A stretch of 64,000 bases of DNA from Minisyncoccota bacterium (GTDB taxonomy: Bacteria > Verrucomicrobiota > Verrucomicrobiia > Limisphaerales > UBA8199): positions 109,941 to 173,940 of the forward strand of contig DAOTCE010000006.1 of NCBI GenBank assembly GCA_035452965.1, read 5' to 3'. The notes beneath the pieces are model-generated. The model saw only the letters and a program-made list of their open reading frames with translations. It did not search any database and was not told the origin of the DNA. This document shows, in pieces, positions 8,924 to 18,627 of this stretch. The position numbers and the translations under genes are program-made. Numbering within the stretch: the first letter of the stretch is position 1; each line of letters opens with the position of its first letter.

Positions 8924-11255
8924 GCCCGGCGGAGCATCTTCCACCGATCCAGGGCAGGCAGTCTTGCCTACCGGGGCGGCGCCGGTCGGCGCTGCCGCCC
9001 CCAGTTCCTCGACCAAGTCCTCCCAGGCGGCAGGCGGCGCTTTTCCTCCGTATGTCGTGCTGACAGGCAATCCGAACTCAGGCAAGACGACGCTGTTCAA
9101 TGCCCTGACTGGTTTGCGCGCGAAGGTCGGCAACTACGCGGGAGTAACGGTCGAGCGCAAGGAGGGCCGTTTGCTCGGCGCGCCGGCTGGCATCAACGCG
9201 CGAGTGTTGGATTTGCCCGGCACCTACAGCCTGAGCCCGCGCTCACTTGACGAGCAGATTTCGCGCGACGTGTTGCTCAATCGGCTGCCGGAGGTGCCCG
9301 CGCCGTCAGTCATCATCGTGGTAGTCGATGCTTCGAATCTGCAGCGCAATCTCTACTACTCCACGCAAGTGATTGAACTGGGATATCCAACAATCATCGC
9401 ACTGAACATGATTGATGTGGCGGAGGAGAATGGACATTACATCGACGCGGCGAAACTGTCCGGCGAATTGGGCGTGCCTGTGCTGCCGCTCATCGCCAGC
9501 ACCGGTCGCGGTGTGCCCGCACTCCGCGAGGCGGTCCTTTCCAAGCTCCAAGAACCACTCCGGTCCAGGCCGCCCCAATTCTCCAAGTTACCAGCGTCGG
9601 TCGAAGCGGAGGCAAACGCGCTGGCCCAATTACTCGCGGGGACCTTCCACGAGCGCCGCCCGCAGGCTGCGGCGGAGGCGTTGCTGATTCTTGGCAACGA
9701 AAAGGCGCTGGCCTCCAGCCTCCAGCATTACTCGGCGCCCATACAGGAAGCCGTTGCCGCCGCGCGAACCCGTCTCGAGGCCGGAGGGATTGATTGGCGC
9801 GGCGTCACCATCGAGAGCCGTTACCTGGCTGTGGCGGCGATCCAGCGCGCAGTCACCTCCGAACTCGCGCCTCCGGGCGAGACGTTCAGTGACAAACTGG
9901 ACCGCGTGCTGACGCACAAGTTCTGGGGCACGATCATCTTTCTGGCCGTCATGACCTTCATGTTTCAGAGCATTTTCACCTTCGCCCGCATTCCCATGGA
10001 CGCGATGCAAATGGGCGTAGACTGGCTCGGATACGCCGTGGGAAACCTAATCCCCCCCGGGGATCTGAACAGCCTGTTGGTAGACGGGGTGATTGCCGGC
10101 GTGGGTGCCGTGGTGGTGTTTCTTCCGCAAATCCTGCTGCTGTTTCTCTTCATCGGCTTTCTCGAAGACACCGGTTATATGGCCCGTGCGGCGTTTCTTA
10201 TGGACCGCCTTATGAGCAAGGTCGGCCTGCACGGCAAAAGCTTCATCCCGATGCTGAGTTCCTTCGCCTGCGCCATTCCTGGGATTATGGCGACCCGCAC
10301 CATCGAGAGCCCCAAGGACCGTTTGGTAACCATCCTGGTGGCGCCGTTGATGAGTTGCGCCGCCCGGCTCCCCGTCTATACGCTGCTCATCGCCGCCTGC
10401 ATCCCCAACCTCACGGTGCTCGGTTTTCTGAAACTGCCCGGGCTGACGATGCTGGCCATGTATCTGCTAGGCATCGTGGTTGCCCTGTTGATGGCCTGGC
10501 TGTTCAAAAAGACCCTGCTCAAGGGAGACACGCCCATGCTCATCATGGAATTGCCGCCCTACAAACGGCCGCTGCTGCGGGTTGTCCTCCGCCACATGTG
10601 GGACCGCTCGAAACTCTTCCTGCGCCGTGCGGGAACCGTGATCCTCGGCATCAATATCCTGCTCTGGTTCCTCGCCACCTATCCCCATGCAACCGAATCG
10701 CAGTTGGCCGCCGCGACCCAGCGCGCACGCTTGCAGGCCGAAATGGCCCAGCCCCTCTCCTCTGAACAGGCCGCCGCCATCCGCACCCAACTCCAAGGGC
10801 TCGACGACCAGGCCGCCGGCGAGCGGCTGCGCCAGAGCTTCGCCGGACGGTTAGGCCGCCTGATTGAACCAGTGATTGCTCCCCTCGGATTCGATTGGAA
10901 AATCGGTATCGGCATCATTACCTCCTTTGCCGCTAGGGAGGTTTTTGTCAGCACCATGTCCACTGTCTATAACGTGGGCCGGTCAGACACCGCCCCCTCC
11001 AGCATGACCAACCTCGTTCAGACCCTCCAAGCCCAGAAAAGGCCGGACGGCACGCCCGTCTACACCCCTTTGACTGCGGTCACGCTAATGGTCTTTTACG
11101 TCTTTGCCCTGCAGTGCGTCAGCACAGTCGCCATCGTACGCCGCGAGACCAATGGCTGGAAGTGGCCATTTTTCCAGTGGTTATACATGGGCGCGCTGGC
11201 TTGGGGCTTGGCCTTCCTGACCCATGTTGGGGGGCGCTTATTGGGTTGGGTTTGA
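8916..11255 (+). CDS. feoB: ferrous iron transporter B
   Basis: G-domain motifs GNPNSGKTTLFNALTG and DLPGTYSL, followed by a polytopic membrane domain. Overlaps the feoA copy 2 stop by 8 nt. The first ~45 aa are low complexity (Ala/Pro/Ser), so the true start may lie further downstream. Confidence 0.9.
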   Translation: MGKPGGASSTDPGQAVLPTGAAPVGAAAPSSSTKSSQAAGGAFPPYVVLTGNPNSGKTTLFNALTGLRAKVGNYAGVTVERKEGRLLGAPAGINARVLDLPGTYSLSPRSLDEQISRDVLLNRLPEVPAPSVIIVVVDASNLQRNLYYSTQVIELGYPTIIALNMIDVAEENGHYIDAAKLSGELGVPVLPLIASTGRGVPALREAVLSKLQEPLRSRPPQFSKLPASVEAEANALAQLLAGTFHERRPQAAAEALLILGNEKALASSLQHYSAPIQEAVAAARTRLEAGGIDWRGVTIESRYLAVAAIQRAVTSELAPPGETFSDKLDRVLTHKFWGTIIFLAVMTFMFQSIFTFARIPMDAMQMGVDWLGYAVGNLIPPGDLNSLLVDGVIAGVGAVVVFLPQILLLFLFIGFLEDTGYMARAAFLMDRLMSKVGLHGKSFIPMLSSFACAIPGIMATRTIESPKDRLVTILVAPLMSCAARLPVYTLLIAACIPNLTVLGFLKLPGLTMLAMYLLGIVVALLMAWLFKKTLLKGDTPMLIMELPPYKRPLLRVVLRHMWDRSKLFLRRAGTVILGINILLWFLATYPHATESQLAAATQRARLQAEMAQPLSSEQAAAIRTQLQGLDDQAAGERLRQSFAGRLGRLIEPVIAPLGFDWKIGIGIITSFAAREVFVSTMSTVYNVGRSDTAPSSMTNLVQTLQAQKRPDGTPVYTPLTAVTLMVFYVFALQCVSTVAIVRRETNGWKWPFFQWLYMGALAWGLAFLTHVGGRLLGWV

Positions 11256-11365
11256 CGAGTTGCGCAGAGGCGGGCGTTCTGGTGACTGGAGAGTTGTGCC
11301 GTTATCTCCGCCGACCAGTGCTTGCAGACCAACGGCCCCCTTCAAGAAAAAAGCAAAAAAGGGGC

Positions 11366-11395
11366 TTGCATCTGGCACGATCCAAGCGGTATATT
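11366..11395 (+). promoter_or_regulatory. candidate sigma70-type promoter for the 11414 gene
   Basis: TTGCAT (11366-11371), 18-nt spacer, TATATT (11390-11395), 19 nt before the ATG at 11414. Preceded by an imperfect hairpin GCCCCCTT...AAGGGGC. Confidence 0.35.
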
Positions 11396-11413
11396 TCCGT
11401 GCGTAATACGGCA

Positions 11414-12229
11414 ATGACCGTGAGATTAGCGAACTCAAATTCGCGTAAGTTACAGCGGTGGCGAGGCTTTACGCTCGTCGAACTACTGACCGTCATTGCT
11501 ACCATTGGCATACTGGCCGCCCTGTTGCTCCCAATTCTGAGCAAAGCCAAAGGCAAGGCTCAACGCACTACCTGCCTTTCCAACCTTCGGCAACTGGGAT
11601 TTGCTTGGGCTATGTACCGAGATGACAACAGCGACTACATCGCCGAATCCTATCCGGGCAGCAGCGCCACGGACATCAACCCCGAGGTTTGGGTTCGCGG
11701 AGACATGAACAAGCTTGCCGAAGCGGGCAACAAAGACCTGATTCGGCAAGGCAAGCTCTTCCCCTATAACCGCAGCCTGGGTATTTATCATTGTGCCGCT
11801 GACCGGGGCGTCTGTATCGACGGCAAGTTGGTGCCTACCGTGCGTAGTTACTCGATGAACAGTTTTATGGGTGCGCGCAATTCTCTTAACCCACCCATAC
11901 CGTCCACCGCTGGCGACTATGTGCGGTTCTATGCCAAGTACTCGGAAATCCCACGCCCGGACAACATGTGGGTCTTGGTGGAGGAAGACGAGCGCAGCAT
12001 CAACGACGGATTCTTCGTTACCGATCCCACAGGCCGGATATGGTATGACTTCCCAGCCATTTCCAATGCGCGCCACAATCTCAGCTACGCCCTCAATTTT
12101 GCGGATGGTCACTCTGCAATCTGGCGGCATCGGGACCCGCGCACCCTGCTCGTCAGCATCAATAATACCGAGCAGCCCGGCAATCGAGACCTCGAGCGCC
12201 TGGCCAAATCAACCACGACCCGGAAGTGA
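11414..12229 (+). CDS. prepilin-type N-terminal cleavage/methylation domain protein, H-X9-DG family
   Basis: Track ORF 11114..12229. The internal ATG 11414 gives ...[30 protein letters not shown] (pseudopilin N-terminus) and a C-terminal H-NLSYALNFA-DG (H-X9-DG) motif. Confidence 0.8.
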   Translation: MTVRLANSNSRKLQRWRGFTLVELLTVIATIGILAALLLPILSKAKGKAQRTTCLSNLRQLGFAWAMYRDDNSDYIAESYPGSSATDINPEVWVRGDMNKLAEAGNKDLIRQGKLFPYNRSLGIYHCAADRGVCIDGKLVPTVRSYSMNSFMGARNSLNPPIPSTAGDYVRFYAKYSEIPRPDNMWVLVEEDERSINDGFFVTDPTGRIWYDFPAISNARHNLSYALNFADGHSAIWRHRDPRTLLVSINNTEQPGNRDLERLAKSTTTRK

Positions 12230-12405
12230 CCTTTAGGCTCAGGTTGATCGGCACATCTTGTCCCGTTTTCCCTTCATAAAGCGAAAGCCTGCACGAGTCT
12301 AATCGCTTAGCTCCGGGCAGGTAATACGTTAGCGGTTTGCCGGAACCATACACTCACAGCAATCCGCCATGATCAAGTCTCACGGCGACATTCCTCGGTC
12401 CAGAT

Positions 12406-15400
12406 TCAAGGGATTAGAACTACGCGATAGAAACGGCGCACTTTTGAGCCGATAGTATCGGACGCCGTGATCGCAGTGCCCGTCGCCACGGTCTCAGCAC
12501 CTAAATTGGTCCAATCGGAGGAGTCCAAGACTTCCTTATACTGGAGCTGGTAGATCTGTCCCGAAACCGAGCTCCACACCAGGTTGACAGCACCGTTGGA
12601 TTGGGTGACCGCCTGGAATACCGGTGGCGATAGCACCGTGAGAACTGCGCTCGCGCTTACTGTGGAGCCCAGACTGTTGGTGACAACGACAGAATACGCC
12701 CCCGAATCCGCCAGGGAGACGTCGGTGAGGGTCAGGCTGCTGGTGGCAGAGCCGGCAATATTGCCGCCGTCTGCCAGTTGGATGCCGTTACGCCGCCAAT
12801 TGTAGGAGAAAGGTTGGCTGCCGAAGAGCGAGACTTCAAAGATCACATTGGCCCCTGCAAGCACCGTCAGGTCGGCCGGCTGCGCGATGACTTGCGGAGC
12901 GAAACTGAGGCGAAAGACCGTCCCGTGCCCCCCCAGGCCCGCGTCGGTGGTGGTGCCGTAAAAGCTGCCATTGGTCCCCGTCACGAGAGCCGACATTGGA
13001 TGCGCGCCGGTATCGAAGCCATCGAAACTCACCAGTGTGGTCATGACCCCGGCAGGCGTGACGCGAAAGACGGTGCCGAGACGGTTGACGCCTCCGCCGT
13101 AAGTAGTGCCATAGAAGTTGCCATCGGCGCCTTGTATCAAGCTGGCCTCGGGAAACCAGCCATCCGAAGGAACGAACGCATTGAACGCATACAACGAAGT
13201 GAATACGCCATTGGTGGTGAGCTTGAAAATTGCTCCCTCCACTGGCACACCCATCAAAGTGCTATGCTTGGTGGTGCCGTAAAAAGCGCCATCCGCGCCC
13301 TGCACCAAGGCGGCGACTGTATGATTGGGAGCTGGTGGAAAGCTGCCTGCGTCGCTGCGAAACGAGTAAAGGTTGGTCAGCCTGCCATCAGGCAGCAGCT
13401 TGAACACACTGCCGCAATTGTTGGAGCCCCCATTCGGAGTGGTTCCGTAGATGCTGCCATCCGCCCCCTGCACCAGGGCGGCCACGGGGGCACCGCCACT
13501 GGCATCACCCCTGAAGTAGTAAAGGGACTCGAGCACCCCATCGGGGGTAAGCCTGACAATCGTGCCTTCATCATAGAGCCCACCACCCTGAGCCGTGCCG
13601 TAGAAGTTGCCGTCAGCGCCGTGCAACAGCGCCGCATACGGATTCCGTCCGTCCGCCAAGCCTGAGAAGGAGTGCAAGCTTGCCAGTTCACCATCCAACG
13701 TCACATTGAAGGCAGTGCCGGCGCCATAATCGCCGCCGTACTCGGTCGTACCATACAAGAAGCCATCGGCCCCCTCCACCAGCGCCGCCGCGGGCAACGC
13801 CCCGTTGGTCCAACTTAATGAAAACAGGGTTACAAATGCTCCATCAGGAGACGCCCGGAAGATAGTGCCCCCTTGATGCGCGCCTCCGTAAACCGTCGTG
13901 CCGTAGAGACTTCCGTTGCTGGCCTGCACCAGTCCATTCGGACTGCCGCCGCCTTCATCGCCTGTGAACCAGTGCAAAGTGGCCATGCGAGTCCCCGGCA
14001 AGCTGGCAGGAATGACCGCCAATACCGCTTCGGAACTGACCGCCGACCCGATGCTGTTGGTCACGATCGCAGTATAGGTGCCGCTGTCAGGTTCCATCGC
14101 AGCGTTCAGGGTGAGGCAGTGGCTGGAGGAACCCGATGCGTTGGTGCCATCGGCCAGGGGAATTCCGTTCTTCCTCCATTGGTAGGACAAAGGCAAACTG
14201 CCGACCGCCTCCACACAGAAACTCGCCCTGGAACCCGGAATCAACGCCCCCCCCACCGGTTGGAGCGTAAAGATCGGCGGTGATGAGGTGATGGACAGGA
14301 TGGCGTTACTGCTTAGAACTGAGCCCAGGGAGTTCGTGATGAGCACCGAATAAGTCCCGGCATTGGCAAGCGTTACATTGGACAGCGTCACGGTGTCCGT
14401 GGCCGAACCGGCAAGGTTGCCGCTGTCGCTCACATTGGTTCCGTTCTTTCGCCACTGGTAGCCCAAAGGCGCACCGCCAAAGGCGCCAACATTAAGCACG
14501 ACATCAGCGCCGGTAAATTCATCCTGGCTGACGGGTTGACGCGTGATTTGCGGGAAGGAGTTGACATGGATAGCGAAAACAACGCCTTTGCCCTTCGCAC
14601 CGCCGTCCCGGGTCGTGCCGTAAAGCCTGCCGTCGGGCCCCTGGATCAGAGTGGCCTGGGGATTGGCGCCGTTGTAGCCGTCGAACTGCACCAGTGTCAG
14701 CAGTGCGCCGTTGGTGGTAATGCCGAAAACGGTTCCAGCGCCATAGTCTCCGCCAATGGCGGTGGTGCCATAAAGTGCCCCGTCGCTGGCAAGCAGCAAG
14801 CCGCTCATCGGACTTGCCCCATCAGAACCACCACTAAAAGACCACAGCGCGGCGAGCACGTTGCCATCGGGCGCCACGCGGAAGACCGCGCCCTTGCCGT
14901 AACTGCCGCCCCCGGTCGTGGTGCCATAGAAGTTGCCATCGCTGCCCAGCGCCAGCGCTGCAGCGGGAAATGCGCTGCTGGCGCCATCGAAGGAAGCTAC
15001 TGTGCCAAGCACGCCGTTGGTCGTGATTCGGAACACGGTGCCGTTTGTAGTAGCGCCCCCCCTGTAGGTTGTCCCGTAAAGGCTCCCATCAACTCCTCGC
15101 GCCAGCCCGGCGTAAGGCAATCCGCCGTCATTGCCATCGCTGAATGAATACAGGTTGCTGATCGTGCCGTGCATTCCGTTGCGCGTCATGCGGTACACCG
15201 TGCCGAAGAACTGGGTGACACCGCCGCCATAAGTGGTGCCGTAGTAGTGGCCATCCGTCCCTTGCGTCAATTCCGAGTATGGCAGCGCACTGCCGGGTAG
15301 ATCGAACGAAACCAAGCTAACCAGTCCGCCATTGGTGCCAGTCTTGAAAATGGTGCCAAGGCCGTTGGAACCACCGCCATAGGTCGTGCCGTAGAACTCG

Positions 15401-18270
15401 CCGAGGCCGGCTCGCACCAGGGCCGCCCGGGGATTTGCCCCATCGCCAACACCATTGAACGACCATACTGGCGTCAACACGCCACCAGTAGTCATGCGGA
15501 ACACGGTGCCGAAGGAATTGGTGCCACCGGTTTGTGTCGTGCCATACAATTGGCCATCGGCCCCCTGCACCAGCCCATTCGGATTGGCTCCATCGTTGCC
15601 GCCGCCGAACGAGTAGAGGGATTCCAGAGTCACTCCCGGCGCGGTCACCGAATCAATGGTCAGCAGGGCATTGGAACTGAGGACATACCCAAGGCCATTG
15701 ACCACCACTGCGGCATAGGTTCCGGCGTCCGCGACCGACACGTTGCCGATGGTCAGTGTGCTGGTCGCGGTGCCGGACAAGTTGCCTCCGTCGGTCAAGA
15801 AAGTCCCGTCTTTGAGCCATAGGTATAATAGCGGCGGGGTGCCGACGGCCGACACGCTCATCGTTACAGTCTGTTCCGGCACCGCCGCCTGGCTGCCCGG
15901 CTGCGCGGTGATGAACGGGGCCGAGGCGAGAACCGTGAGCTGTGCGACTGCGCTTGTCACACCCCCCGCGACGTTACGAATGTTGACCAAATACCCCCCC
16001 TCCTGGGCGGGAGATACATTGCTGAATATCAGGGTGCTGTTGGCAGTCCCGAAGACCTTGCCGCCGTCGGTCAGGTTCGAGAGTGTTGTTCCATTCGTGT
16101 ATTGCCACTGATAGAAGAGCTGCGCGTTGGTCGCCGTCTCCACGCTGAAGGCCGCGGTCATGCCCTCGAGCAAGGACAGATTCGCCGGCTGTGAGGTGAT
16201 CGCAGGCGGGGTGACAACGTTCAGCACAAAGCCACGACTCTGCCCGAAGTAGTTGTTGAGATTCGTGAACCAGGTTGCAGCAGTGTAGCTGCCCGCAGGC
16301 AGGGCGTTGGCATCAGCATTCGGGCTGAACGTCACGGTGGCAGCCGGTCCGCCGGGAACCAGGGTCCCGCTGGACGGCGACACGTCGAGCCAGACGGGTG
16401 TGTTTGCCTGCGTCCACATCAGCGAGACCGCGCCGGCGTTGGTCAGAACGCAGCTTTGAATCGCAGGATTGAACGGACCCTGGACCGGGCCGCTGGCCGT
16501 GAAGCCGGTGGCCGGCGTAATCTGCAAAGCATCCGGCGGTGCCAGCAAAGCGGCGATCAGGTTGCTCCCGTTGGGAGTGCCCCAGCCCGTGGCGAGGTCG
16601 TAGCCCGGGCACGCGAAGTACTTCTCAGCGCCACAGCAGGTGTTGGTGATGTTGCCGGCCGTGATGTCGTGAAAGGCGGCGCCGTAGCCGGGCCCAGAGC
16701 CGATGGCGTAAATAGCAGGGTTGAGAAATCCGATAGCGGGCTTGCCGCTGAGCGCCGCCTGCTGATTGACCAGCGCGGCAAATCCGGCCCACAGGGGCGC
16801 CGATGCACTGGTGCCGCCAACGCGGTATTGCTGGCCGTTGTTAGCGATGAGCCAGATCATCGCGTCAGCCAGGCCGGCCACATCCGGAAAGTTGCGGTTG
16901 GTCGTGGAGCCCGCGCTGCAAGTCAGGTCAAGGCCCTGTTGCCAGATCGGCATGGGGAAGGTGGTGCTGACCCCGCCGCCGCTCCCGGACCAGACGGTTT
17001 CCGATACCCACTCTCCTCCCGGCCCACTGGTGGTGAGGGAACTGCCTCCGACAACTGTGATGAATGGATTGTCCGTTGGCGGAAAGGGAGGACACGCAAC
17101 GCAGCGGGCGCCGTCGTCCGAAGAGGCCTGGAAGAACGACTGCCCCTGCGCCTGAAACCGCAGGAACAAGTTGTCCCGCGTAGTGTCCCGGGGTGAGCCG
17201 AACCCCCACGAAGAGCTGAGTTGGCGGACCAGTGGCTGCCCCAGGCTGTTGGTGTCGGTGGCCATGCGGCTCAGGATGGTGTTCAGGAGCCTGCCCTGAT
17301 AAACGACAATCCCGGACAAGCCCGGAGCCATGGCAATGGCCATATCAATGTCCAGGGCGACCTCGATGTTGTTCGGGCCCGGCTGCCCGCTGACCGAATT
17401 GAGCAACACGTGTGTCAGCGTAACATTTGGCAATCCTGCCAGGCTCGCGTAGGCGCGAATATCGCTAGGATAGTAGCTGTCAAACGCCACCAGCCCAACC
17501 GTTTGCCCGGTGCCGTCCAGCTGCACACCCGGAGCGTAAGCCGCCCGGAAATCTCCGCCCCAAAACGTGCCTCTGGGACCTGAGCCCGTCGCCACAGGTT
17601 CCGAGTACGGAATCGAGTCAAACGGGCTGGCTTGCAGTCCCAAAGGCCGTGGCAGGTCAAAGTCGTCCAATCCGTTGATCCCCTCCAACGGGACATCCAG
17701 GTCGAGCGACGGCTCGGCATCCGGCGCGAAGAACGTGCGGTTCTCTTTCGGGTGCCGGTAAGTCTTCAGATTTACATTAAAGGCGCGCTCGATGTCCGCC
17801 ACCGCACCCCGCACATTGAGCAGCCCTCGGTCCTGTTGCTGACCGTTCAAGCGCAGGCCGCGGGATTCCACAAAGGCGACGACTTTTTGGTATTCCTCCT
17901 CCGTCGGCCCAAACCGCTCTGCGAATTGCGCGGGGGTCAAGTATTGCCGGTAATCCGGGCTGGCCGGATTGTAGAGCTCTTCGAGCAGGTTGGTCAGGGC
18001 CTCCCGGTTGCGCAGCGGCAGGCCGATGGCCAGCTCGATCTCATTGGCGCCTGGCAGTTGGCCCAATGCCGACAAACCCTCCACGGCAGACGGCAACTGG
18101 CCCCGCAGTTGTTGCCGCCCTCCCGCGCGAGCGGCCGTCGCGCTTTGAAGCAGCGAAACCGCACAACCCAACGCCAGGAGTGCTGTTACAAAGCGTCTTG
18201 GGCAAGTTCCTGGGGATTGAGCAAAACCGAAGATTGAGCGTTGTCTCCCGTGACTATTCAAGGTTCCCAT
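12406..18270 (-). CDS. giant secreted sedolisin (S53) peptidase fused to Ig-like domains and 14 GloVer (Gloeo_Verruco) repeats
   Basis: 1954 aa. Signal-like N-terminus. Pro-kumamolisin-type prodomain (YLTPAQFAERFGP...). S53 active-site region GGTSASAPLWAGFAAL near nt 16800. Five Ig-like modules (YQWRKNG...GTYSV type). Two blocks of seven ~47-aa repeats, each ending in ..YGTT..GG..G.GTVF. C-terminal FN3-like tail ending RFYRVVLIP. Confidence 0.85.
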   Translation of the reverse strand: MGTLNSHGRQRSIFGFAQSPGTCPRRFVTALLALGCAVSLLQSATAARAGGRQQLRGQLPSAVEGLSALGQLPGANEIELAIGLPLRNREALTNLLEELYNPASPDYRQYLTPAQFAERFGPTEEEYQKVVAFVESRGLRLNGQQQDRGLLNVRGAVADIERAFNVNLKTYRHPKENRTFFAPDAEPSLDLDVPLEGINGLDDFDLPRPLGLQASPFDSIPYSEPVATGSGPRGTFWGGDFRAAYAPGVQLDGTGQTVGLVAFDSYYPSDIRAYASLAGLPNVTLTHVLLNSVSGQPGPNNIEVALDIDMAIAMAPGLSGIVVYQGRLLNTILSRMATDTNSLGQPLVRQLSSSWGFGSPRDTTRDNLFLRFQAQGQSFFQASSDDGARCVACPPFPPTDNPFITVVGGSSLTTSGPGGEWVSETVWSGSGGGVSTTFPMPIWQQGLDLTCSAGSTTNRNFPDVAGLADAMIWLIANNGQQYRVGGTSASAPLWAGFAALVNQQAALSGKPAIGFLNPAIYAIGSGPGYGAAFHDITAGNITNTCCGAEKYFACPGYDLATGWGTPNGSNLIAALLAPPDALQITPATGFTASGPVQGPFNPAIQSCVLTNAGAVSLMWTQANTPVWLDVSPSSGTLVPGGPAATVTFSPNADANALPAGSYTAATWFTNLNNYFGQSRGFVLNVVTPPAITSQPANLSLLEGMTAAFSVETATNAQLFYQWQYTNGTTLSNLTDGGKVFGTANSTLIFSNVSPAQEGGYLVNIRNVAGGVTSAVAQLTVLASAPFITAQPGSQAAVPEQTVTMSVSAVGTPPLLYLWLKDGTFLTDGGNLSGTATSTLTIGNVSVADAGTYAAVVVNGLGYVLSSNALLTIDSVTAPGVTLESLYSFGGGNDGANPNGLVQGADGQLYGTTQTGGTNSFGTVFRMTTGGVLTPVWSFNGVGDGANPRAALVRAGLGEFYGTTYGGGSNGLGTIFKTGTNGGLVSLVSFDLPGSALPYSELTQGTDGHYYGTTYGGGVTQFFGTVYRMTRNGMHGTISNLYSFSDGNDGGLPYAGLARGVDGSLYGTTYRGGATTNGTVFRITTNGVLGTVASFDGASSAFPAAALALGSDGNFYGTTTGGGSYGKGAVFRVAPDGNVLAALWSFSGGSDGASPMSGLLLASDGALYGTTAIGGDYGAGTVFGITTNGALLTLVQFDGYNGANPQATLIQGPDGRLYGTTRDGGAKGKGVVFAIHVNSFPQITRQPVSQDEFTGADVVLNVGAFGGAPLGYQWRKNGTNVSDSGNLAGSATDTVTLSNVTLANAGTYSVLITNSLGSVLSSNAILSITSSPPIFTLQPVGGALIPGSRASFCVEAVGSLPLSYQWRKNGIPLADGTNASGSSSHCLTLNAAMEPDSGTYTAIVTNSIGSAVSSEAVLAVIPASLPGTRMATLHWFTGDEGGGSPNGLVQASNGSLYGTTVYGGAHQGGTIFRASPDGAFVTLFSLSWTNGALPAAALVEGADGFLYGTTEYGGDYGAGTAFNVTLDGELASLHSFSGLADGRNPYAALLHGADGNFYGTAQGGGLYDEGTIVRLTPDGVLESLYYFRGDASGGAPVAALVQGADGSIYGTTPNGGSNNCGSVFKLLPDGRLTNLYSFRSDAGSFPPAPNHTVAALVQGADGAFYGTTKHSTLMGVPVEGAIFKLTTNGVFTSLYAFNAFVPSDGWFPEASLIQGADGNFYGTTYGGGVNRLGTVFRVTPAGVMTTLVSFDGFDTGAHPMSALVTGTNGSFYGTTTDAGLGGHGTVFRLSFAPQVIAQPADLTVLAGANVIFEVSLFGSQPFSYNWRRNGIQLADGGNIAGSATSSLTLTDVSLADSGAYSVVVTNSLGSTVSASAVLTVLSPPVFQAVTQSNGAVNLVWSSVSGQIYQLQYKEVLDSSDWTNLGAETVATGTAITASDTIGSKVRRFYRVVLIP

Positions 18271-18343
18271 GGCTTTTTATGCTGCGCCAATTGTAACCGT
18301 CCCGGCCAACGTGGGCAAGAACAGTCCGACGCAGGAGGGAGTC

Positions 18344-18517
18344 TCACCATATCCTCTCCGTCTCCACACCGTATCCACACCGTGGATACAGCCTTGACAC
18401 CTCCGGTGGATTTTGGCGTAACACGTTGTGATTGCAGGACTTATATCAAATCAGACCCACAGCCGGGCTTTCTCCCGATCAGATTGCGGTAAACCACTGT
18501 AACGATTGAACTTACAC
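18344..18517 (+). repeat. conserved non-coding element, copy A (phased repeats + TTGACA + distal conserved block)
   Basis: 11-12-bp units TCACCATATCC / TCTCCGTCTCCA / CACCGTATCCA / CACCGTGGATAC (18344-18390). TTGACA at 18394-18399. Exactly 91 nt later comes the block AAACCACTGTAACGATTGAACTTACAC (18491-18517). Copy B at 40201-40374 has the same layout and spacing. Confidence 0.7.
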
Positions 18518-18627
18518 GGTTACTCGACCATTGAACGATTTGCGTAACCAACTCACCCCGCTGTGAGACAACTAGCGGGAGCAAGCGCGCTCCCCCGACC
18601 ACGTAGGCCTCCCCGCGGCCAACCCAC

